Assembly (NCBI GenBank): GCA_030390025.1
Contig: CM059431.1
Coordinates: 136,154,001 to 136,218,000 of the forward strand
Reading direction: 5' to 3'
DNA: 64,000 bases
Origin: Squalus acanthias
Taxonomy: Eukaryota
Shown: positions 1 through 10,208 of the stretch, one piece after another
How the letters are laid out: every line of letters begins with the position of its first letter
Numbering within the stretch: the first letter of the stretch is position 1
Notes under the pieces: model-generated
The model's input: the letters and a program-made list of their open reading frames with translations, nothing else
Told to the model about the DNA's origin: nothing
The model's database searches: none
Made by a program: the position numbers and the translations under genes

Positions 1-3000
1 ATCACAGACCACTACAGGAGTAGAATCATCACAGACCACTACAGTAGTAGGATCATCACAGACCACTACAGGAGTAGAATCATCACAGACCACTACAGGA
101 GTACGATCATCACAGACCACTACAGGAGTAGGATCATCACAGACCACTACAGGAGTAGGATCATCACAGACCACTACAGGAGTAGAATCATCACAGACCA
201 CTACAGGAGTAGAATCATCACAGACCACTACAGGAGGAATGTCATCACAGACAACTACAGGAGTAGGATCATCACAGACCACTACAGGTGTAGAATCATC
301 ACAGACCACTACAGGAGTAGAAACATCACAGACCACTACAGGAGTAGAATCATCACAGACCACTACAGGCATAGGATCAACACAGACCACAACAGGAGTA
401 GAATCAGCACAGACCACTGCAGGAATAGGATCATCAAAGACAACTACAGGAGTAGAATCATCACAGACCACTACAGGTGTAGAATCATCACAGACCACTA
501 CAGGAGTAGAATGATCACAGACCACTACAGAAGTGGGATCACCACAGACCACTACAGGAGTAGAATCATCACAGACCACTACAGGTGTAGAATCATCACA
601 GACCACTACAGGAGTAGAATCATCACAGACCACTACAGGAGTAGAATCATCACAGACCACTGCAGGTGTAGGATCATCACAGACCACTACAGTAGTAGAA
701 TCATCACAGACCACTACAGGTGTAGAATCATCACAGACCACTACAGCAGTAGAATCATCACAGACCACTACAGGAATAGAATCATCACACACCACTACAG
801 GAGTAGAATCATCACAGACCACTACAGGAGTAGAATCATCACAGACCACTACAGGAATAGAATCATCACAGACCACTACAGGAGTAGAATCATCACAGAC
901 CACTACAGGAGTTGAATAATCACAGACCACTACAGGAGTAGAATCATCAGAGGCCACTACAGGAGTAGGATGATCACAGACCACTACAGGTGTAGAATCA
1001 TCACAGACCACGACCGGAGTAGAATCATCACAGTCCACTACAGGAGTAGAAACATCACAGACCACTACAGGAGTAGAATCATCACAGACCACTACAGGCA
1101 TAGGATCAAAACAGACCACAACAGGAGTTGAATCATCACAGACCACTGCAGGAATAGGATCATCAAAGACAACTACAGGAGTAGAATCATCACAGACCAC
1201 TACAGGAGTAGAATCATCACACACCACTACAGGAGTAGAATCATCACAGACCACAACAGGAGCAGAATAATCACAGACCACTACAGGAGTAGAATCATCA
1301 CAGACCACTACAGTAGCAGGATCATCACAGACCACTACAGGAGTAGAATCATCACAGACCACTACAGGAGTACGATCATCACAGACCACTACAGGAGTAG
1401 GATCATCACAGACCACTACAGGAGTAGGATCATAACAGACCACCACAGGAGTAGAATCATCACAGACCACTACAGGAGTAGAATCATCACAGTCCACTAC
1501 AGGAGTAAAGTCATCACAGACAACTACAGGAGTAGGATCATCACAGACCACTACAGGTGTAGAATCATCACAGACCACTACAGGAGTAGAATCATCACAG
1601 ACCACTACAGAAGTGGGATCACCACAGACCACTACAGGAGTAGAATCATCACAAACCTCTACAGGAGTAGAATCATCACAGACCAATACAGCAGTAGAAT
1701 CATCACAGCCCACTACAGAAGTAGAATCATCACACACCACTACAGGAGTAGAATAATCACAGACCACTACAGGAGTATAATCATCACAGGCCACTACAGG
1801 CATAGGATCAACACAGACCACAACAGGCGTAGAATCAGCACAGACCACTACAGGAATAGGATCATCAAAGACAACTACAGGAGTAGAATCATCACAGACC
1901 ACTACAGGAGTAGAATCATCACAGACCACTACTGGTGTAGAATCATCACAGACCACTACAGGAATAGAATCATCACAGACCACTACAGGAGTAGAATCAT
2001 CACAGACCACTACAGGAGTAGAATCATCACAGACCACTACAGGAGTAGGATCATCACAGAATACTACAGGAGTAGAATCATCACAGACCACTACAGGAGT
2101 AGAATCATCACAGACCACTACAGGAGTAGAATCATCAGAGACCACTACAGGAGTAGGATGATCACAGACCACTACAGGTGTAGAATCATCACAGACCACT
2201 ACCGGAGTAGAATCATCACAGTCCACTACAGGAGTAGAAACATCACAGACCACTACAGGAGTAGAATCATCACAGACCACTACAGGCATAGGATCAACAC
2301 AGACCACAACAGGAGTAGAATCATCACAGACCACTACAGGAGTAGAATCATCACAGACCACTACAGGAGTAGGATCATCACAGACCACTACAGGAGTAGA
2401 ATCATCACAGACCACTACAGGAATACGATCATCACAGACCACTACAGGAGTAGGATCATCACAGACCACTACAGGAGTAGAATCATCACAGACCACTACA
2501 GGAGTAGAATCATCACAGACCACTACAGGAGTAAAGTCATCACAGACAACTACAGGAGTAGGATCATCACAGACCACTACAGGTGTAGAATCATCACAGA
2601 CCACTACAGGAGTAGAATCATCACAGACCACTACAGGAGTAGAATCATCACAGACCACTACAGGTGTAGAATCATCACAGACCACTACAGTAGAAGAATC
2701 ATCACAGACCACTACAGGTGTAGAATCATCACAGACCACTACAGGAGTAGAATCATCACAAACCTCTACAGGAGTAGAATCATCACAGACCAATACAGCA
2801 GTAGAATCATCACAGCCCACTACAGAAGTAGAATCATCACACACCACTACAGGAGTAGAATAATCACAGACCACTACAGGAGTATAATCATCACAGGCCA
2901 CTACAGGCATAGGATCAACACAGACCACAACAGGAGTAGAATCAGCACAGACCACTACAGTAATAGGATCATCAAAGACAACTACAGGAGTAGAATCATC

Positions 3001-4328
3001 ACAGACCACTACAGGTGTAGAATCATCACAGACCACTACAGGAGTAGAATCATCACAGACCACTACTGGTGTAGAATCATCACAGACCACTACAGGAATA
3101 GAATCATCACAGACCACTACAGGAGTAGAATCATCACAGACCACTACAGGAGTAGAATCATCACAGACCACTACAGGAGTAGGATCATCACAGAATACTA
3201 CAGGAGTAGAATCATCACAGACCACTACAGGAGTAGAATCATCACAGACCACTACAGGAGTAGAATCATCACACACCACTACAGGAGTAGGATGATCACA
3301 GACCACTACAGGTGTAGAATCATCACAGACCACTACCGGAGTAGAATCATCACAGTCCACTACAGGAGTAGAAACATCACAGACCACTACAGGAGTAGAA
3401 TCATCACAGACCACTACAGGCATAGGATGAACACAGACCACAACAGGAGTAGAATCATCACAGACCACTACAGGAGTAGAATCATCACAGACCACTACAG
3501 GAGTAGGATCATCACAGACCACTACAGGAGTAGAATCATCACAGACCACTACAGGAGTAGAATCATCACAGACCACTACAGGAGTAGGATGATCACAGAC
3601 CACTACAGGTGTAGAATCATCACAGACCACTACCGGAGTAGAATCATCACAGACCACTACAGGAGTAGAATCATCACAGACCACTACAGGTGTAGAATCA
3701 TCACAGACCACTACAGTAGAAGAATCATCACAGACCACTACAGGTGTAGAATCATCACAGACCACTACAGGAGTAGAATCATCACAGACCACTACAGGAA
3801 TAGAATCATCACAGACCACTACAGGAGTAGAATCTTCACAGACCACTACAGGAGTAGAATCATCACAGACCGCTACAGGTGTAGAATCATCACAGACCAC
3901 TACCGGAGTAGAATCATCACAGTCCACTACAGGAGTAGAAACATCTCAGACCACTACAGGAGTAGAATCATCACAGACCACTACAGGCATAGGATCAACA
4001 CAGACCACAACAGGAGTAGAATCATCACAGACCACTACAGGAATAGGATCATCAACGACAACTACAGGAGTAGAATCATCACAGACCACTACAGGTGTAG
4101 AATAATCACAGACCACTACAGGAGTAGAATCATCACAGACCACTACAGGAGTAGGATCATCACAGACCACTACAGGAGTAGAATCATCACAGACGACTAC
4201 AGAAGTAGGTTTATCCCAGAGCACTATAGGAGTAGAATCAGCACAGACCACTACAGGAGTAGGATCATCACAGACCAATACAGGAGTAGAAGTATCACAG
4301 ACCACTACAGGAGTAGAACCATCACAGA
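1..4328 (+). repeat. 27-bp tandem satellite array, left variant domain (runs off window start)
   Basis: Continuous head-to-tail ATCACAGACCACTACAGGAGTAGAATC with recurrent variants (GGCATAGGATCAACACAG, AGAAGTGGGATCACC, GGAATAGGATCATCAAAGACAAC). Ends at ...GAACCATCACAGA, 4328. Confidence 0.98.
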
Positions 4329-4354
4329 TTAAAAAGTAATATAAGGGTTAAGTC

Positions 4355-5302
4355 ATGGCAGTAGAGCTCGGACCTGTGTCATGCTCCTCCTGTAACATGT
4401 GGGAAATCAGGGACGCTTCCTGTGTCCCTGACAACCATGTGTGCGGGAAGTGTGTCCAGCTGCAGCTCATGTGGGACCGCATGACGGCCCTTGAGCTGTG
4501 GATGGACTCACTTTGGAGCATCCACGATTCTGAGAGGGTTGTGGATAGCACATTTAGTGAGTTGGTCACACCGCAGGTTAAGGCCAGCGTAGATAGTACA
4601 TGGGTGACCAAAAGGCAGAGCAAGGGCAGGAAGGTAGTGCAGAAATCCCCTGGGGTTGTCTCCCTTAGCAACAGGTTCACCGCCTTAGGTGCTGTTGTCG
4701 GGGGGGATGACTCATCGGGGGAAGGCACCAGCAGCCAGGCTCATGGCACCATGACTGGCTCTGTTGCAAAGAAGGGAGGGAAAAAGAGTGGCAGGGCTTT
4801 AGTAATAGGGGATTCGATTGTAAGGGGAATAGATAGGGGTTTCTGTGTTCGCGACCGAGACTCCAGGATGGTATGTTGCCTCCCTGGTGCAAAGGTCAAG
4901 GATGTCTTGGCGCGGGTGCAGAACATTCTGGAGGGGGAGGGGGAACAGCCAGTTGTCGTGATACATGTTGGTACCAACGACGTAGCTAAAAAAAGGGAAG
5001 AGGTCCTACAAGTAAAATTTAGGGAGTTAGGAGCCAAGCTAAAAAGTAGGACCTCGAAGGTAATAATCTCTGGATTACTACCAGTGCCACGTGCTAGTAA
5101 GAGTACAGAGAACAGAATAGTTAGGCTAAATACGTGGCTTGAGCAGTGGTGTAAGAGGGAGGGTTTTACATTTTTGAGGCATTGGAACCAGTTTTGTGGT
5201 AGGTGTGACCTATACAAAAGGGACGGTCTACACCTGTGCAAAGATGGAACTGATGTTCTCGGGGTAATTTTTGATAAAGCAGTTCGGGAGCATTTAAATT
5301 AG
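4355..5302 (+). CDS. CR1 ORF1 protein: N-terminal CxxC..CxxC zinc finger, coiled-coil-like segment, SGNH/GDSL-type esterase domain
   Basis: 315-aa open frame with CSSC...CGKC, LSNRFTAL, VIGDSIVR (catalytic Ser block), HVGTND (Asn block) and DGLH (Asp/His block). This is the known CR1 ORF1 architecture. Confidence 0.92.
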   Translation: MAVELGPVSCSSCNMWEIRDASCVPDNHVCGKCVQLQLMWDRMTALELWMDSLWSIHDSERVVDSTFSELVTPQVKASVDSTWVTKRQSKGRKVVQKSPGVVSLSNRFTALGAVVGGDDSSGEGTSSQAHGTMTGSVAKKGGKKSGRALVIGDSIVRGIDRGFCVRDRDSRMVCCLPGAKVKDVLARVQNILEGEGEQPVVVIHVGTNDVAKKREEVLQVKFRELGAKLKSRTSKVIISGLLPVPRASKSTENRIVRLNTWLEQWCKREGFTFLRHWNQFCGRCDLYKRDGLHLCKDGTDVLGVIFDKAVREHLN

Positions 5303-6336
5303 TATGGCAGGGGGCTAGAAACCTATGTAGTGAAATAGAGGAAAGTGAAAGGCAGACAGAAATAAATGGTAAAAGGGTGAGGAACAAAAAACAAAGGGCC
5401 AAACTAATTCATAAAAAATGTGAGCATAAAAAAAGCCTGAGGGTTTAATACCTTAATGCGAGAAGCATCAGGAACAAGGTAGATGAATTAGCTGTGGAAA
5501 TAGAGGTTAATAATTATGATCTAATTGGGATTACGGAAACATGGTTGCAGGGTGAGCAGGGCTGGGAGCTTAACATACAGGGGTATTCAGTATTTAGGAA
5601 GGATCGACAAAAAAGAAAGGGAGGAGGGGTAGCATTGCTGGTAAAAGAGGGGATAAATGCAATTGAAAGGAAGGATATTAACTCAGTTAAAACATAATCT
5701 ATATGGGTGGAGCTAAGAAATAGCGAGGGGCGAAAAACATTAATAGGAGTGGTATATAGGCCTCCAAATAGTAAAATAGAGGTTGGGGAGGGCATCACGA
5801 GGGAAATTAGAGAAGCGTGCAATAAGAGCACAGCTGTCATCATAGGTGACTTTCACTTACATATAGATTGGACTAGCCTAATCAGTAAAACTAATGAGGA
5901 GGAGGAATTCCTTGAGTGTTTAAGGGATGGTTATCTGGATCAATATGTCGAGGAATCAACTCGGGAACAGGCTATATTGGACTGGGTATTGTGCAATGAG
6001 AAGGGACTAATTAGTAATCTTGTTGTACGGGGACCCTTGGGTCAGAGCGATCATAACATGGTCGATTTCTCACTCGAAATGGAGAGCGAAGAAATTGACT
6101 CAGAGACTAAGGTCCTGAATTTAAACAAGGGGAATTATGATGCCATTAGACGGGAACTGAGTAGGTCTGATTGGACAACGTTCCTGGGAGGACTGGAGGT
6201 AGATAAACAATGGCAAGCATTTAAAGATAAAATGACAAAATTGCAAAAATTGTTTATACCAATCTGGCATAAAAGGAAATCTAAAAAGGTGACTCAACCG
6301 TGGATAACAGGGGAAATTAGAGACAGCATAAAATCC
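5293..6336 (+). pseudogene. CR1-1 ORF2, N-terminal part: APE-type endonuclease and start of linker
   Basis: One frame reads LRV*YLNARSIRNK, IGITETW, RKDR..GGGVALLV, GVVYRPP, IIGDF, ILDWVL, SDH. In-frame TAA at 5446-5448 and 5695-5697. Breaks into satellite after IRDSIKS. Confidence 0.93.
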
Positions 6337-8420
6337 AACTCCTGTTGTGGTCTGTGATGATTCTATTCCTGTAGTGGTCTGTGATGATTCTACACCTGTA
6401 GTGGTCTGTGATGATCCTACTCCTGTAGTTGTCTGTGATGACTTTACTCCTGTAGTGGTCTGTGATGATTCTACTCCTGTAGTGGTCTGTGATGATTCTA
6501 CTCCTGTAGTGGTCTGTGATGATTCTACTCCTGTAGTATTCTGTGATGATCCTACTCCTGTAGTGGTCTTTGATGATTCTACTCCTGTAGTGGTCTGTGA
6601 TGATTGTACTCCTGTAGTGGTCTGTGATGATTCTATTCCTGTAGTGGTCTGTGATGCTTCTACTCCTGTAGAGGTCTGTGATGACTCTACTCCGGTAGTG
6701 GTCTGTGATGATCCTACTCCTGTTGTGGTCTCTGATGATTCTACTCCTGTAGTGGTCTGTGATGATTCTACTCCTGTAGTGGTCTGTGATGATCCTACTC
6801 CTGTAGTGGTCTGTGATGATTCTACTCCTGTAGTGGTCTGTGATGATTCTACTCCTGTAGTGGTCTGTGATGATTCTATTCCTGTAGTGGTCTGTGATGA
6901 TTCTACTCCTGTAGTTGTCTGTGATGATTCTACTCCTGTAGTGGTCTGTGATGATCCTACTCCTGTTGTGGTCTGTGATGATTCTACTCCTGTAGTCGTC
7001 TGTGATGATTCTACTCCTGTAGTGGTCTGTGATGATCCTACTCCTGTAGTGGTCTGTGATGATTCTACTCCTGTAGTGGTCTGTGATGATTCTACTCCTG
7101 TAGTGGTCTGTGATGATTCTATTCCTGTAGTGGTCACTGATGATTCTACTCCTGTAGTTGTCTGTGATGATTCTACTCCTGTAGTGGTCTGTGATGATTC
7201 TACTCCTGTAGTGGTCTGTGATGATTCTATTCCTGTAGTGGTCTGTGATGATTCCACTACTGTACTGATCTGTGATGATTCTACTCCTGCAGTAGTCTGT
7301 GATGATTCTACTCTTGTAGTGGTCTGTGATGATTCTACTCGTGTAGTGATCTGTGATGATTCTATTACTGTACTGATCTGTGATGATTCTACTCCTGTAG
7401 TAGTCTGTGATGATTCTACTCCTGTAGTGGTCTGTGATGATTATACTCCTGGAGTGGTCTGTGATGATTCTACTCCTGTCGTGGTCTCTGATGATTCTAC
7501 TCCTGTAGTGGTCTGTGATGATTCTACTCCTGTAGTGGTCTGTGATGATTCGACTCCTGTAGTGGTCTGTGATGATTCTACATCTGTTGTGGTCTGTGAT
7601 GTTTCTACTCCTGTAGTGGTCTGTAATGATTCTACTCCTGTAGTGGTCTGTGATGATTCTACTCCTGTAGTGGTCTGTGATGATTCTACTCCTGTAGTGG
7701 TCTGTGATGGTTCTACTCCTTTAGTCGACTGTGATGATTCTACTCCTGTAGTGGTCTGTGATGATCCTCCTCCTGTAGTGGTCTATGATGATTCTACTCC
7801 TGTAGTGGTCTGTGATGATTCTACTCCTGTAGTGGTCTGTGATGATCCTACTCCTGTAGTGGTCTGTGATGATTCTACTCCTGTAGTGGTCTGTGATGAT
7901 TCTACTCCTGTAGTGGTCTGTGATGATTCTACTCCTGTAGTGGTCTGTGATGATTCTACTCCTGCAGTGGTCTGTGATGATCCTACTCCTGTCGTGGTCT
8001 CTGATGATCCTACGCCTGTAGTTGTCTGTGATGATTCTACTCCTGTAGTGGTCTGTGATGATTCTACTCCTGTAGTGGTCTGTGATGATTCTACTCCTGT
8101 AGTGGTCTGTGATGATTCTGCTCCTGTAGTGGTCTGTGATGATTCTACTCCTGTAGTGGTCTGTGATGATTCTACTCCTGTAGTGGTCTGTGATGATTCT
8201 ACTCCTGTAGTGGTCTGTAATGATTCTACTCCTGTCGTGGTTTGTGATGATCCTACTCCTGTCGTGGTCTGTGATTATTCTACTCCTGTAGTGGTCTGTG
8301 ATGATTCTACTCCTGTAGTGGTCTGTGATGATTCTACTCCTGTAGTGGTCTGTGATGATTCTACTCCTGTAGTGGTCTGTGAGGATTCTACTCCTGTAGT
8401 GGTCTGTGATGATTCTACTC
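6333..8420 (-). repeat. Inverted block of the 27-bp satellite (~77 monomers) embedded in CR1-1 ORF2
   Basis: Tandem GATTCTACTCCTGTAGTGGTCTGTGAT, the reverse complement of the monomer. It is the only minus-orientation satellite in the window. Confidence 0.97.
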
Positions 8421-10107
8421 GGGGGAATATATAACGGGAAATAAGGAAATGGCAGACCAACTAAATGCATACTTTGGGTCAGTCTTTACGAAGGAAGACA
8501 CAAAAAACCTCCCTGGGATATCGGGAAAAATAGGGACATTTGCAAAGGAGGAACTGACGCAAGTCAATATCTCTAAGGATATGGTGTTAAGGAAGCTAAA
8601 GGGATTGAAGGCGGACAAATCCCCAGGGCCTGATAATATGCATCCTAGGGTACTGAAGGAGGTGGCCCTAGAGATAGCGGATGCACTAAGTATGATTTTT
8701 CAGAATTCATTAGACTCGGGAACAGTGCCCATGGATTGGAGGGTAGCTAACGTTACCCCACTATTCAAAAAGGGGGGTAGGGAAAAAGCAGGTAATTACA
8801 GACCTGTAAGCCTTACATCAGTTGTGGGCAAAATGCTGGAGTCCATCATTAAGGATGAAATAGCGGAGCACTTAGCAAATGGGGACAGGATAGGACAGAG
8901 TCAACATGGATTTACAAAGGGTAAATCGTGCTTGACTAATCTATTGGAATTTTTTGAGGGAGTAACTGGTAAAATAGATGGGGGAGAGCCAGTAGATGTG
9001 GTGTACCTGGACTTCCAAAAGGCCTTCGACAAGGTCCCACATAAAAGATTAGCATGGAAAATTGAAGCTCATGGGATAAAGGGGAAAGTATTGACGTGGA
9101 TAGAGAGCTGGCTGTCAGATAGAAAACAGAGAGTTGAAATAAACGGCTCATTTTCTGAATGGCAGGCAGTAACAAGTGGGGTACCACAGGGATCTGTCCT
9201 GGGTCCCCAGCTGTTCACAATTTACATTAATGACCTGGATCAGGGAGTCGGATGCAGCATTTCCAAATTTGCAGACGACACTAAACTAGGAGGGGGGGTG
9301 GGCTCAGAGGAGGAGACCAGGAAGCCCCAGAGCGATTTGGACAGACTGGGTGATTGGGCGGATAAATGGCAGATGCACTATAATGTGGACAAGTGCGAAG
9401 TTATCCACCTTGGGTGCAGGAACGGGAGGGCAAATTATTATTTAAATGGCAATAAATTGGGAGAGGGGGAAGTACAGAGAGACCTGGGTGTTCTTGTACA
9501 CCAGTCACTGAAGGCGAGCATGCAGGTGCAACAGGCGGTCAAGAAGGCAAACGGTATGCTGGCCTTCATAGCAAAAGGGTTGGAATACAGGAACAGGGAT
9601 ACCTTGCTGCAGCTGTACAGGGCACTGGTGAGACCACACCTCGAGTACTGTGTACAGTTTTGGTCGCCTCATCTGAGGAAAGATGTTCTTGCCATGGAGG
9701 GGGTGCAGCGCCGATTCACCAGGCTGATACCAGGAATGGCGGGATTGACCTATGAGGAGAGACTATGTAGTTTAGGGATGTACACACTGGAGTTTAGAAG
9801 ATTGAGAGGGGACCTCATAGAAGTGTATAAAATTCTGACAGGTCTAGACAGACTAGATGCAGAAGGAATGTTTCCCTTGGCGGGTGAGAACAGAACTGGA
9901 GGACATAATTTAAGGATAAGGGCTAAACCATTTAGGACAGAAATGAGGGGGAATTTCTTCACTCAGAGGGTGGTGAACCTGTGGAACTCATTGCCACAGA
10001 GGGCAGTGTAGGCCAGCTCATTAAATATATTTAAGAGGGAATTAGATATATTTCTACAGGCAAAAGGGGTTAAGGGTTACGGAGAGAAGGCGGGGACGGG
10101 ATACTGA
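8419..10107 (+). pseudogene. CR1-1 ORF2, C-terminal part: reverse transcriptase domain
   Basis: SGEYITGNKEMADQLN, KSPGPD, NYRPVSLTS, QHGF, YLDFQKAFDKVPH, GVPQGSVLGP, KFADDTKL. Premature TAG at 10009-10011; the homologous frame continues ASSLNIFK...GEKAGTGY to TGA at 10105-10107. Confidence 0.95.
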
Positions 10108-10140
10108 ATTGGAGGATCAGCCATGATCTCATTAAATGGC

Positions 10141-10208
10141 GGAGCAGGCTCGAAGGGCCGGATGGCCTACTCCTGCTCCTATCTTCTGTGTATCTATGTA
10201 TCTATGTA
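10141..10208 (+). other. CR1-1 3' UTR stem-loop and (TCTRTGTA)3 terminal repeat
   Basis: GGAGCAGG (10141-10148) pairs with CCTGCTCC (10172-10179). Inner GGCC-GGAT-GGCC at 10156-10167. Tail TCTGTGTA TCTATGTA TCTATGTA at 10185-10208. Confidence 0.85.

Larger units (their letters stand above)
4329..10208 (+). mobile_element. CR1-clade LINE retrotransposon (CR1-1), near full length, inactivated and interrupted by satellite
   Basis: ORF1 esterase, APE-RT ORF2, 3' UTR stem-loop and octamer tail in colinear order. Inserted within one satellite monomer (CACAGA | ACCACTAC). Only 26 bp precede the ORF1 ATG. Confidence 0.96.

Noticed and set aside
11..22. CTAC-AGGA-GTAG mini-hairpin in every monomer as a functional GGA-loop RNA motif
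   Set aside because: The stem is only 4 bp, and common variants disrupt both stem (CAAC, CGAC, ATAG, GCAG) and loop without compensation.
4355..5302. Domesticated esterase gene (ORF1 intact while ORF2 is dead)
   Set aside because: ORF2 has only three nonsense changes in roughly 900 codons, so an intact 315-codon ORF1 is unsurprising by chance. No promoter or 5' UTR is retained.
8449..10011. Retron, DGR or group II intron RT, or an active standalone RT gene
   Set aside because: Motifs, the upstream APE and esterase ORF1, and the octamer tail identify a CR1 LINE. The ORF is truncated by the satellite and a premature TAG.
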